Part shown: positions 10,076 through 19,938 of the stretch, piece by piece
Layout: every line of letters starts with the position of its first letter
Numbering within the stretch: the stretch's first letter is position 1
Origin: a virus
Lineage: Duplodnaviria > Caudoviricetes
DNA: 54,196 bases
Virus record (IMG/VR): IMGVR_UViG_3300045741_000133
Coordinates: 1 to 54,196 of that record
Reading direction: 5' to 3' (one strand)
Made by a program: the position numbers and the translations under genes
Notes under the pieces: model-generated
The model's database searches: none
What the model saw: only the letters and a program-made list of their open reading frames with translations
Told to the model about the DNA's origin: nothing

Positions 10076-10978
10076 TTACTCAGCGTCCTCAGCGCCCGCT
10101 TCAACAGGCGAGATACCATCGCTAGTGATCTTGAGCTCAACGAACTTCGGGAGTAGTAAGGTCTTTCCATCTTCGCCTTTCAATGCCTTGGCATAGTGAT
10201 TCTTGTATACGTTCCAGACAACAACTGCGCCAGCTCGTACCTTCTGCTTATCTACCGTTCGCTCGTACCAACCTTTACGAGCAGTCTGAACAGTCAGCAT
10301 CGAGAAGAAGTTGATAGCGTCGCCACCGGCGTTAGTCTTGCCGGGCGAGTTCAAGTTGTCGTAAGTTCGGTTGACCAGCAGTACCGCGATAGGATCCTTC
10401 ACCATCTTGGCTCGAAGCGCTGACAAACCTAAGCGGTTAGTTTTAGCGTGGCCACCAACCTGTTGACCCTTCTGAGTCAGCTCAAGACCGGAGTCTCGAA
10501 TAGAAGTAGTGTTACCAAACGAGTCGAACACCACTAGGAGCTTCTCTTTAGGATAGTCCACAAAGAATGAGTCGATGCCCTTGAGCATCAGCTCGAAGGC
10601 TTCCTCGGTGATGGCGGAGTAGATACAGATAACGCCGTCGGGATCAATCCCCGCTGCGATCAAGTCCTCCGGACCAGTCTTACCTTCAGTCTCAACGTAG
10701 ATGATGCCATAACCTTGCTCTTGGGCCTTCTTCATCGAGTAGAGCGAGAACGTGGTCTTACCGGAGTCGGACTTTCCGGCCCACTGGATCATGTGGCCAA
10801 ACTTGATACCGAGTACCCCAAACTTCTCTCGAAACCATGGATCCAATACCACATAGTCAGTAGGATTGGTCGAGATCGTCTCGAGGGCTTGCCCGAGACC
10901 GATCTGATCGGACATGCGCTTGTCGTTCTTGTAGTTGGCCTGTACTCGACCGATGGTCTTCTTGAAATCAAACTTCAT
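10076..10978 (-). CDS. RecA/UvsX-like recombinase
   Basis: GKSDSGKTT Walker A, catalytic ETE, VVFDS Walker B, AGGDAINFFS. Confidence 0.9.
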   Translation of the reverse strand: MKFDFKKTIGRVQANYKNDKRMSDQIGLGQALETISTNPTDYVVLDPWFREKFGVLGIKFGHMIQWAGKSDSGKTTFSLYSMKKAQEQGYGIIYVETEGKTGPEDLIAAGIDPDGVICIYSAITEEAFELMLKGIDSFFVDYPKEKLLVVFDSFGNTTSIRDSGLELTQKGQQVGGHAKTNRLGLSALRAKMVKDPIAVLLVNRTYDNLNSPGKTNAGGDAINFFSMLTVQTARKGWYERTVDKQKVRAGAVVVWNVYKNHYAKALKGEDGKTLLLPKFVELKITSDGISPVEAGAEDAE

Positions 10979-10986
10979 AAGTTCTC

Positions 10987-11373
10987 CTACTGCCTCTCGG
11001 CTGCGATTTGACGGAACATGACATGCGCGTTCTCAAAGATATCAAAGTGACGCTTTGTCCAGTTTAACTCGGCATCGATCCGCTCAACTACTTCTCGCGC
11101 GTTGGTGTAGCCTGGATCCGCCTCAGCTGAGATCTTGTTCTCAGTGACGTTCTTGCCGCCAGCTGAACCCATGGCTTGGGCGTATGAGGCCTTCTCGATC
11201 GTGGAGGCTTTTACCTTAGTGTCTTCTAACAGCTTGAGATGATTTGACAAGTGTGATTGAACGATCAAGAACTTAGCGGCCCGGTTCCTAGCGTCTAGGA
11301 TGGCGTCTCGATCGATCTCAACGAGGTCTAGGTACTTATTGACGAGTTCTTGTAGTTGTTGATAGTCCAGCAT
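10987..11373 (-). CDS. UvsY-like recombination mediator (putative)
   Basis: Helical 128 aa protein with EADPGY segment, next to the UvsX-like gene. Confidence 0.55.
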   Translation of the reverse strand: MLDYQQLQELVNKYLDLVEIDRDAILDARNRAAKFLIVQSHLSNHLKLLEDTKVKASTIEKASYAQAMGSAGGKNVTENKISAEADPGYTNAREVVERIDAELNWTKRHFDIFENAHVMFRQIAAERQ

Positions 11374-11385
11374 GACTGGATACTA

Positions 11386-11793
11386 TCAAAACTCCATGCC
11401 TACGGAAACACCAACAGTTTTATCAGTTGACGCTTTAGCTCCTAAGAAGAACGGTCCGAGGATCCGGCGCTGTACTTGGAGATCATAAACGATGACATCT
11501 CGATTTGAGACATTGAGTCGCGCGCCCACGTCAAACATCCAGTCCTTCTTAGCCGCGATCTGAATGTCCTTGGTGCTGGTCTCATGCTTGACTGAGTGAT
11601 CGGTAGTCTCGGTAGTAGTTTCCTTAGTGCCGTCGGGACGCTCCACAGTCTTGACGATAGTCTTGACGTCGGTGCGAACTACTTCCTTCGTGACTTCGAC
11701 GTCGCGAAACTCGACTTTAGGAAAGTAGTATCTAGTGATACCCGCTGCCGCTACCGCGACGAGAACGATTAAGATGATCGATTTTAAGTTCAT
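11386..11793 (-). CDS. Membrane-anchored protein with C-terminal amphipathic beta-strands ending in Phe
   Basis: N-terminal TM or signal, V/T/E/K-rich stalk, about 4 beta-strands ending VGVSVGMEF. Confidence 0.65.
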   Translation of the reverse strand: MNLKSIILIVLVAVAAAGITRYYFPKVEFRDVEVTKEVVRTDVKTIVKTVERPDGTKETTTETTDHSVKHETSTKDIQIAAKKDWMFDVGARLNVSNRDVIVYDLQVQRRILGPFFLGAKASTDKTVGVSVGMEF

Positions 11794-12434
11794 AACTTCT
11801 CCTGAACTAGCGTTTTAAGGTTGTTCGTTAGGTCTGCTAAGCTACCGTTGTTATCTAGAAGCTTGCAGCGATCTCTAAAAGTCTGCCAACCGCGCTCTGA
11901 AGCGTGTGAGTCTACAGACGCTCGGTTCTCTGCTTGAGCGTTGCTCACATACACCGGCAGGAAGTCTTCCCGACCGACTAGAGCGTCGAACTCTTGAGGA
12001 AACCTAAGATCTGTCACCAGAGTGAGAACATCGGGATCTACCTTCTTAAGGGTGATGTTGATGTGGATAAGCTTGTCTAAGGGGTGCAGAAGCTCGGTTC
12101 CGACGTACTGAAGAGTCTTTCTCGGAGTGTCGAATACTTGACCAACGTGCCGCCGAATGTGAGTCTCGTAGTCGTAGTTGGTGATCTCGAACTCCTTAAA
12201 GATCTGCTCGATGTACTCGCGAGTAAGGTGAATGTACGTGTCGAGCTCGACTTCCTTAAGCTTTGGGTCCAGGAAGTACTTCATGTCGATGTTAAACACC
12301 TTAGAGCACGTCTCCTTGAGATGACCTGCGAAAGCTACCTCCTTGACTTGGCCAGCGTATATCTGCTTCAGCAGCTCAGCTGATGTAGACTTACCGCTCT
12401 CTTTAGCACCGCAGAACGCGATTAGCTTGATCAC
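11790..12434 (-). CDS. Deoxynucleoside monophosphate kinase
   Basis: GAKESGKST, PRKTLQYVGTE, VTDLRFPQE, HASE (T4 gp1/T5 dnk-like motifs). Confidence 0.88.
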   Translation of the reverse strand: MIKLIAFCGAKESGKSTSAELLKQIYAGQVKEVAFAGHLKETCSKVFNIDMKYFLDPKLKEVELDTYIHLTREYIEQIFKEFEITNYDYETHIRRHVGQVFDTPRKTLQYVGTELLHPLDKLIHINITLKKVDPDVLTLVTDLRFPQEFDALVGREDFLPVYVSNAQAENRASVDSHASERGWQTFRDRCKLLDNNGSLADLTNNLKTLVQEKL

Positions 12435-15208
12435 TTTGACTCCTTAAGGTTGTCGCAAATAACGGGCTCAGCTATCATAACAACTTCACTCTTCAAAGGT
12501 ATAGTGTAAATGTTGTCCTCCATGCCGCTCTGGAGACACTCCTTCGCCGCCTCGGCTTGGTCCGCCCTAGCGTAGCAGCTGATCTCGTCGTGAACCTGGA
12601 GCGCGACCCAAGCATCTAGGTTACGCTGCCTGAACAACCTCTGAGCAGTAAGCATTCCCATGTTAGTGATGTGCCCCGCTAGTCCTTGAATAGGCGAGTT
12701 CTTCGAGTTGTTTAGGTCTGACTTGAGGAGACCACGAATATAGGCCCAGCCGCCTTTCTGCTTGACTCCGTCTTTGCCGAACTTATCTACAGAGTAGCTC
12801 ATTCCGAGGATCTCGGTTAAGTTGACTAGCGCTTCTTCAGTCAGCACGAACATGACCATGCCTGAGGCTTTGTCCTTGACGATAGCCTCGGTCCCGCTCA
12901 GACGCTTCTTAGAAGTCTCGACGAACGCCTCGATCTTGTCCATCTTGTCGTTGCGGTATCGAGCGTTGATCTGCCCGAAGAAGTCACCGATCTTCTTAGC
13001 GTATTGAAAGTGACGACGTCGACCGTACTTAGTCTCGACGAAGCCGTACTCTATGGCCATGTACTCTTGAAGAGACATGTACTCTTTGAGCTTAGGATAG
13101 GTGTTGAGATACTTGTCTCTGATCTCCTTGCCCTTCACCATGTCGGGACGAGATTCGTAAACTCCATACTCGTTAGGTTCTTTGTCCTTGATCATGGCTC
13201 CGATCATGTTAGCGCACTGGGCGTCTCCGGCTCCGTAAGGAATGCCGAGAACGATAGGTTTAACCATCTTACGACCAGGAGGGTACGCCTTCTTCAGGAA
13301 GTTCTTATCTTTTGGATTCGCTGAATACTGACCTAGCGAGTCGAACATGTCGCAATATACCTTGGAGTAAAGATCGAGACCATCCTTGTAAACTGCCTTA
13401 ATCTTATCCTCGTTAGACATGTAAGCGAAGCATCTTGGCTCTAGGGACGAGTAGTCCGCGTTGATGATCTTGTAGCCTGGAGGAGCGATGAAACCCTTCT
13501 TGATGGCTGACGGGCGCGGGATATCATACTCGACGTGCCCACAATCCTTGCAGTGACGGTTAGCCATACACTCGATGTACTCGTCGATCTGAACGTTCTT
13601 AGAGTGGCACTTATCACACATCTCTAGCGCTTCGTTCTCATCATCTACCCGAGGGAGTGTCTGAAGGTTGTAACCACCCGAGCACGAGAAGCGGCCGGAG
13701 GTCGTACCATTCTGCTTCATGTCCATGTACAGCCAACCATTTTGGTTAAGCTCCAACGCAGGCTCGATGTATGTCGACTGCATCTTCATGATTCGTTTGT
13801 ACTTAAGTAGAAACGACACCCACGGGTACTTCGGAAGAAGGTGCTCCTTAATCGCGTCAGCTTCTAAAGATGGAACCCAGTCCTGAGTCGTAGAGCCATC
13901 AGTCTTAGGGAACTTACGGCGATTCTCGCCTAACTTATCGATGAACAACCAGATCAAGTGAGCTGGAGAGTTCACGTTGAAGCGGTAGCGCCGTCCTTCT
14001 ACCTCTTCATACAGCTTCTGCTTGATCTCGTTGACTTTGGCGTCAGAGTATTTGATCTCGTCTTGATCAAGGAGGTATCCCCAGATCCAGTGAGGGTTCT
14101 TATCGTTCTCAGCCTTAACTGCGGCCTTAGCGATGCTCTCCTTATACTCGCCAGTCTTCTTATCGAGAACCTGAGGAACTGACAAGTTCTCCATCTCAAT
14201 GATGCGCTTAACCAAGCGCTGGTGCGATACCGCTTCGTCTAAAGACTTGCCCTTGTCAAAGGTATCTAGGAACGGCGTTATGTTCTTCATGAACTCATCT
14301 TCGAGCTCGATCAACTTCTTAGCGTTCTGATCGTAGAGCTTCTTGAAGTAAGGAACATCGGTGTAGACTCCCCGGCGCTTCATGTCAATGACGACCTCTT
14401 TACAGACCGGCATCAGCTCCTCGTCAAACATCCACTTCTCTATGCGCTCGTAGTCCTTGCCGCGCTCTCTAGCGATCTCACCCAAAACTACCTCAACTAG
14501 GCCGTGGGTCAGGAACGTATCCGCGCAAGCGTACTTCATCTGAGGCTCGAGATCTGCTCTCCATACCTCTCTAGAATCTCCGCCGTTGCGAAGGATGGAT
14601 CCTTTGAGCTCTCTCTTTTCTTGGTCAGCCATGGCGAACGGGTTGATGCCTAGAACATCTTTATAGACGACTGCGGACTCCTTAAGACCAACTGACTCGT
14701 TCTCGTCTCGTACGTGAACTAGAAGACCTCCGTCAGCCACCAGGTTATTCTTGAGATCTACCCCGAAGTTGATGTAGGTGTGGTTTACGTCAAACGGGGC
14801 GTTCCACATGAATAGGTTGGCTTGCTTGAACCAGCGCTCTAGGATGGCCGGGACCCACTCAGGGTAGTCGACATCTTTCGGCTTAACGAACTCGTCATGG
14901 TACTTACCCGTCCAAGGATTGAGCAGGCGACCATCCGTAAACACATCTATCTTCTCTTTATTCTTGGTGCGAACCTTGAAAGACTTGGGATCTGGTTCCC
15001 AGATGAGTAGTGGGATGTAGAAACCTTTGTATCGATCGACGGAGAGTGAGAAGCCTACAACCGAGGTCTTAAAGTACTCAAGACCATTGGTCTCAGTATC
15101 GTATGAGACGAGGTTAAAGTTAGGCTTCCCGCTCGGACCGATCAGGTAGTCGTCGAGCAGCTTGATCTTTTCTGGCGTGTTAATTAGATTGTACTTTTCC
15201 CACTTCAT
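12431..15208 (-). CDS. polA: Family A DNA polymerase with 3'-5' exonuclease
   Basis: Exo DTET / NAPFD / YACAD; TTSGRFSC-NLQ; motif A DYSSLEPR; motif B RKMVKPIVLGIPYG; NSPIQG; motif C QVHDE. Confidence 0.95.
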   Translation of the reverse strand: MKWEKYNLINTPEKIKLLDDYLIGPSGKPNFNLVSYDTETNGLEYFKTSVVGFSLSVDRYKGFYIPLLIWEPDPKSFKVRTKNKEKIDVFTDGRLLNPWTGKYHDEFVKPKDVDYPEWVPAILERWFKQANLFMWNAPFDVNHTYINFGVDLKNNLVADGGLLVHVRDENESVGLKESAVVYKDVLGINPFAMADQEKRELKGSILRNGGDSREVWRADLEPQMKYACADTFLTHGLVEVVLGEIARERGKDYERIEKWMFDEELMPVCKEVVIDMKRRGVYTDVPYFKKLYDQNAKKLIELEDEFMKNITPFLDTFDKGKSLDEAVSHQRLVKRIIEMENLSVPQVLDKKTGEYKESIAKAAVKAENDKNPHWIWGYLLDQDEIKYSDAKVNEIKQKLYEEVEGRRYRFNVNSPAHLIWLFIDKLGENRRKFPKTDGSTTQDWVPSLEADAIKEHLLPKYPWVSFLLKYKRIMKMQSTYIEPALELNQNGWLYMDMKQNGTTSGRFSCSGGYNLQTLPRVDDENEALEMCDKCHSKNVQIDEYIECMANRHCKDCGHVEYDIPRPSAIKKGFIAPPGYKIINADYSSLEPRCFAYMSNEDKIKAVYKDGLDLYSKVYCDMFDSLGQYSANPKDKNFLKKAYPPGRKMVKPIVLGIPYGAGDAQCANMIGAMIKDKEPNEYGVYESRPDMVKGKEIRDKYLNTYPKLKEYMSLQEYMAIEYGFVETKYGRRRHFQYAKKIGDFFGQINARYRNDKMDKIEAFVETSKKRLSGTEAIVKDKASGMVMFVLTEEALVNLTEILGMSYSVDKFGKDGVKQKGGWAYIRGLLKSDLNNSKNSPIQGLAGHITNMGMLTAQRLFRQRNLDAWVALQVHDEISCYARADQAEAAKECLQSGMEDNIYTIPLKSEVVMIAEPVICDNLKESK

Positions 15209-17201
15209 CTGAACTTCCCGGCTTCACTAATCCCAGGCGCGCTCGTACTATCTCAGCTTGAGCAGCGTCAACTTGGATAGAGTAGCCGATTCCCCCTTCT
15301 TTCTTAGCTAAGTTCTTGCGAATCTCATTAGCGAGAGGATATAGTCTCAGGAACTCTTGATAGTCGTCCGGCTCAGTTACAGTCAAATCACCGGTAGCCA
15401 TGTTGTAAGTCAGTAGCTTAGCCTCGTGAGTTCTGATCTGATCATTCTCATGCTTGTTTCTGATCTTAACATACTGCCAAGCTAAGTACCATTTTTTGGC
15501 CTGAGCTTGCACCAATTTGAGAGGCTGCCATACCGTTATGATGCGATCCATGATGTTCTCGTAGTTGCTCATCCCGTAGGCGCCGTCCTTATCGATCGGA
15601 AGATCACCTACGCCCTTCTCCTTCGTGGTTTGTGTCAACACGATGATGTGAGTATCGAGCTTCTTGCACAAGACTTTGAGCTGACTGCACAGGCTGTTCA
15701 GACTAAGTGTCTTGATGTTGCCGTAGCCAGCGCCCTGCTCAGAGTCAATACCGAACGTATACTTCTTGCGACAATCGATGTGACGCGCCACGATGGCGAC
15801 GTGGTCGATGGCGACGATGCCGATGTTCTTGCCCGTCAGTCGCTTTAGCTCTTCGCAGTCTTCTAAGATCTCTTGAAGACCTACGTTCCTAGGCTCGAAA
15901 TTCTCGGTCTCGTTACCTACGACGTACAGTCGATCTGCTAGAGGAGACGCCTTACCGACTAGCTTGTTCCAGCGATCAACGATCTCGCCGACGGCCATCT
16001 CAAGAGTGAAGAACACATAGATGTCATCGTTATCTTGGTTGTTCTCGATGGCGTCTTTTACCCACTTCAAGGTGACCGTAGTCTTACCAACTCCAGTTCC
16101 GGCGATGAGACCAGTTAACTCACGCTTGCGCCAAGGGTTGCCAAGCACCGCGTAGTCGAAGTACCATGTAGATCTTACAGGCGCCCCGAGGTTCTTAATG
16201 TCGTCGATGGTGCGGTTGCGCTGACCTACCGTCAAGAACTTAGAGACCAACTTCTCGTTGTAAACTTTATCTACGGTCACTTCTGCGTAATGCTTTCTGT
16301 TAGCGTGGCTCAGCGCCTTCTTAGTGTTCGCGATGACTGCCAGAGCTTCCTTGCGGTTGAACTTACTCTTAAATAGGATGTTAGCTAGCTTCATGTCCGC
16401 GCCTGATCTATCACCGTAGGATCCGACTGGATCCATCCACAGGTCGTGGGCGATCTTGTTGGCGGGGTCTGCGATGAAGTCGAAGAACGTGTCCGGGATC
16501 TCGTCGATGTTGACGAACTCCTGGGCTATCGTTTGGAGCTTGCCGTCTAAGCGGTCTAGATGCTTCTGACCTCTGTTTATGTCCTCGCGCGTCAAGGCTG
16601 CAAACAGCTCCTTCGGAAACTGATCTAACGAGTAGATCTGTCCGCAAGACTCAGCCTCTAAGATCTGAGCTAAGACTAAGGCGTCGGGCTTCTTAGTGTT
16701 AAAGAACCCGGGAACCCGCATAAGCTGCTGAACTGTAAAGATAGACTCATCCGTGTTGAAGTGCTTTATCAACGCCAACTGCCCAAAAACGTGCTCGTCC
16801 CGAGTCAACTTATCGATCTGCCAGTAAGCGTGAACGCCGTTTCCAGAGTCTACGACGAAGGTGGGTTTGAGTGGAAACTGGCGAAGCTTGACCAAGAAGT
16901 CTTCCTTGGAAGCGTAGACCTTATCCTTAAGGTCCATGTCGACAAACAGAAAGTCGAAAACGTCGACGTGCTTTCCGCTAAGCCATTTTGTGCCTTCGGC
17001 ATATATGTCTTTCGAGGGGTGATTTGGATACCAGTAAATGTTGTATCCTTGATCGTTACGCTGCTTCAAGAACGCATGATCGAACTTATATCCCTCGATG
17101 ACGTCTGGTCCGCCTATCTCCCTGACGAACTCTGGATTAGCGTTTCCATTCTTTAATTTAGGTTGTGCCCAGTTGGGTTTAATGAGTCGAAAGAACTCCA
17201 C
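15180..17201 (-). CDS. Fused primase (AEP/RepB-like)-DnaB-like helicase
   Basis: DMD, SGNGVHAYW and MRVPG primase motifs; AGTGVGKTT, TLEM, IDH and LTQ SF4 helicase motifs. Confidence 0.88.
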   Translation of the reverse strand: MEFFRLIKPNWAQPKLKNGNANPEFVREIGGPDVIEGYKFDHAFLKQRNDQGYNIYWYPNHPSKDIYAEGTKWLSGKHVDVFDFLFVDMDLKDKVYASKEDFLVKLRQFPLKPTFVVDSGNGVHAYWQIDKLTRDEHVFGQLALIKHFNTDESIFTVQQLMRVPGFFNTKKPDALVLAQILEAESCGQIYSLDQFPKELFAALTREDINRGQKHLDRLDGKLQTIAQEFVNIDEIPDTFFDFIADPANKIAHDLWMDPVGSYGDRSGADMKLANILFKSKFNRKEALAVIANTKKALSHANRKHYAEVTVDKVYNEKLVSKFLTVGQRNRTIDDIKNLGAPVRSTWYFDYAVLGNPWRKRELTGLIAGTGVGKTTVTLKWVKDAIENNQDNDDIYVFFTLEMAVGEIVDRWNKLVGKASPLADRLYVVGNETENFEPRNVGLQEILEDCEELKRLTGKNIGIVAIDHVAIVARHIDCRKKYTFGIDSEQGAGYGNIKTLSLNSLCSQLKVLCKKLDTHIIVLTQTTKEKGVGDLPIDKDGAYGMSNYENIMDRIITVWQPLKLVQAQAKKWYLAWQYVKIRNKHENDQIRTHEAKLLTYNMATGDLTVTEPDDYQEFLRLYPLANEIRKNLAKKEGGIGYSIQVDAAQAEIVRARLGLVKPGSSDEVGKVQSN

Positions 17202-17220
17202 CAGAACTCCTTGCTCAGGA

Positions 17221-17520
17221 TCATAGCTTTTCTACATCATACTGACTATCGAGATCGATGGTCACATTATGTGTGAAGCCGTGCTGAGCGATGCTCTGAG
17301 GCATTCCGTTCTTTGGAGCTGATACTTGCATGGACTTAACCATGTAGTAAGTTCCGTCAGCATCAAGCCACAACAAGGTGCCAGTGAAATACTTGTTGGG
17401 AGTGCCGTCTTTGTTGACTGGCTTGCTCTCGCACAAGATCTTCTGCATGACGCCGTACTGTGTGTTGACGTTCTTAACTTTGCCCGCGTAGCGTAGGTTC
17501 TTCTTCTTGCCTTCTGACAT
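17221..17520 (-). CDS. Hypothetical protein (replication module)
   Basis: AGGAG RBS, beta-rich sequence. Confidence 0.65.
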   Translation of the reverse strand: MSEGKKKNLRYAGKVKNVNTQYGVMQKILCESKPVNKDGTPNKYFTGTLLWLDADGTYYMVKSMQVSAPKNGMPQSIAQHGFTHNVTIDLDSQYDVEKL

Positions 17521-17530
17521 AGTGATCTCC

Positions 17531-18046
17531 TTACTTCTGCGCCTGGATACCGAAGCGAGCCAGTACGTGGTTAGCAGCTTGCTGAACCGCTGGAGCTACC
17601 GGAGCCGCCGCGGGTGCCGCAGTAGGCTGCGGAGCAGGAGCTGCGAAAGCTTGAGGTGTCGGTGGTGCTGGCGGCGGTGCTACCGCGGCAGCGGGTCCAG
17701 TCGTAGGGTTACCAAACGCGGGAGCACCTTGAGTCGCTGGCGCTTGATCGTTCTCAGCCTTATACACCGGAGCCCATCCTTTAGGAAACAAGGCACCAGC
17801 TTCTTGGTCTTTCAACTGACCGAAGCGGTACTCAACTTGCTCCTTCTCGGAGACGAGAGAGTAGTAGGTGTATCCGTCTTTGGTTTGTCGGAACGACAGT
17901 TTAAGATCGTTCGATCCGCCTGGAGCAGTTTTAGGCAAGCTTGAGTAGAAGGACATCTTCTCGAAGAACTCTTTCTCGTCCTTTACGTCAGCCTTGATAA
18001 GAAACTCGTCTTGTCCCAATTTGAGACGGTATTCAACTTGAAGCAT
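17531..18046 (-). CDS. Hypothetical protein with Pro/Ala-rich tail, possibly ssDNA-binding
   Basis: Strong AGGAGG RBS; aromatic beta-rich core followed by a low-complexity tail; function guessed from position. Confidence 0.6.
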   Translation of the reverse strand: MLQVEYRLKLGQDEFLIKADVKDEKEFFEKMSFYSSLPKTAPGGSNDLKLSFRQTKDGYTYYSLVSEKEQVEYRFGQLKDQEAGALFPKGWAPVYKAENDQAPATQGAPAFGNPTTGPAAAVAPPPAPPTPQAFAAPAPQPTAAPAAAPVAPAVQQAANHVLARFGIQAQK

Positions 18047-18049
18047 TTG

Positions 18050-18099
18050 ATCCCTCCTAAGGTTTAAGATCTTCAGCGTCGATCTTATCTAGGAGGGAT
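18050..18099 (-). promoter_or_regulatory. Hairpin sequestering the RBS of 17531..18046
   Basis: ATCCCTCCTA (18050-59) / TAGGAGGGAT (18090-99), with inner TAAGATC / GATCTTA. Confidence 0.65.
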
Positions 18100-18115
18100 T
18101 GGTCAGGTGAACTGA

Positions 18116-19899
18116 TTAGTCGTTGAGGCGCCACTCACCATAGATGTTGGTGATAAGCTGTCTAGAACCATCCCGGTGCTGGATAAGGTGCGTCTTAGTC
18201 CAACCAGACGGTCCATCATTATATGATAACTGAAGCTCGGTAGCTGTACCAACTCGGAACACTGATCGGAAGATCGCGGCAGAGTGGTTATGCCCCACGT
18301 TGGAGGCACCGTAGCACTCTTCGATCTCGGCCATTCATGGGCTCCGTTCTCGATACCATTGACTTTGAACGAGTCGTTGATGCTGAGGAACTTAACCTTG
18401 TCAGGTTGCTCAAGCCCGAAGAGCTCGCGCATAGCATACTCGAACGGCATGAGCTCTTGCTCTTCCATGGCGATGTTTAACTTCATGGCCATGATCTTGT
18501 TCATCGGTTCCTTCATGAACTGGCCGTCAGCGATGTAGCGCTTAAGGAAGTCCTCGTGGTTGCCGTACTTAAGAACGATCTGCTGAGCTGGCCAAGCACA
18601 AATGTCGTCAATCTCCTTGCGGCAAGCTTCTAGCTCCATCTCAAGAGATAGAAGACCCTTCTTAGACTTTTGTGACAAAGCTACTAGATTGTTTCGCTCG
18701 TGGGGATTGATGGTGATACCGTCAAAGAAGTCTTCAAAGGTAACGACGTCCGGCTTAACAGCTTCAACGATCTCCTTAGCCATCCTCTTAGCGTCTTTGC
18801 AGGTCGATAGAACGTGCCAGTCACCGGTCTGAACTAGGTCAGCGGTGATCTTGTCTACGGTTCCGTCAGCGTTGTACTTCTTATCGATGTCAGAGAATGA
18901 GCCAGTCTTTGCGTTGATCTGAACCACACGCGAGAAGAAGATACGGCCGTTCTTGATCTCAACGATGACGCCGCCGAGAGTATGATCTAGCTCAGCGAGG
19001 GACGCAGTTCTCTCAGACATGTACATCTCAGTCGCGTAGTTAGCTACGGTGATAGCACCGGTAGACATCAGCGCTCGCGGGATCTCAGTCTTGTTGTTCG
19101 AGTTTGCTACGTACTCAAGGAACTGCTTCGGAGATGCTACGATAGTAGAACCTTTCTTCTGAGAAAGGCGCTTCATACCGGTAAGTGGTTGAAGCTGCTT
19201 AGCGCTCATCTTGATGGTGGAAAGAACGAGGTTATCGTTGAGCGATACGTCCTTGAAGACGATAGACTTCTTAGGAAGCTTAGGTGACAGCGTCCACTTG
19301 TTCTTATGCTCTTTCTGATGCGCTGGATCCGAGCAAGGGAGAATCAAGAGCATGGCTTTGTTCTTCTTACAGAATGTCTGAACCGCAGCGAGAGCGTCGT
19401 CGTGCACGTCGCATCCAGTGACCGCGGTCGTGATGAAGAACCTGTTGTGGTTCGAGATGTTGGCGCGAAGTTCTCTGAAAGCTTCGTCGGTAAAAGACGA
19501 CTCATCGATGATGTTTCTAAATGCTTTCGGATCCTTCTTTTTTGAAGCTTCAACCAGCCCGTCGAAGTTGCCAAAGTGCTTAACTATGGTCTCAGCGTGG
19601 AACGTAGAGTGACGCAAGAACTCAGCTAAGATTGGAACATACTTACGTTGGGAAACCAACGCGAGAAGATCAGAAATCATGCGAGCTTGCATGATGTCCG
19701 CTTTTACCTCAGCGCTGCTCTTGAGAGACTTAAGGTCATACTCACCTTTGTACCGTCGATAGATGGCCTCGAGAGCACTCGTAGACTTCTTGATCCCGAA
19801 CTTCTTAGCGAAGTTGATCGAGATCTCGCCGTATGTTTTACCTTGTTTTCTGCCGTTTATGATGAAGTCTATATGTGATCGTTTGGTAGCCATGGCCAT
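18116..19899 (-). pseudogene. T5 A1-like protein (metallophosphoesterase-type nuclease), frameshifted near 18335
   Basis: RFFITT, MSTGAITVANY, GDWH, GNHE and SFKVNGIENGAH lie in one frame; GHNHSAAI...YNDGPSGWTKTH continues in another frame (18116..18334). Confidence 0.75.
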
Positions 19900-19938
19900 C
19901 CTTCGTTACTCCCTACCCCCGGCAGTAGAGAGATTATA

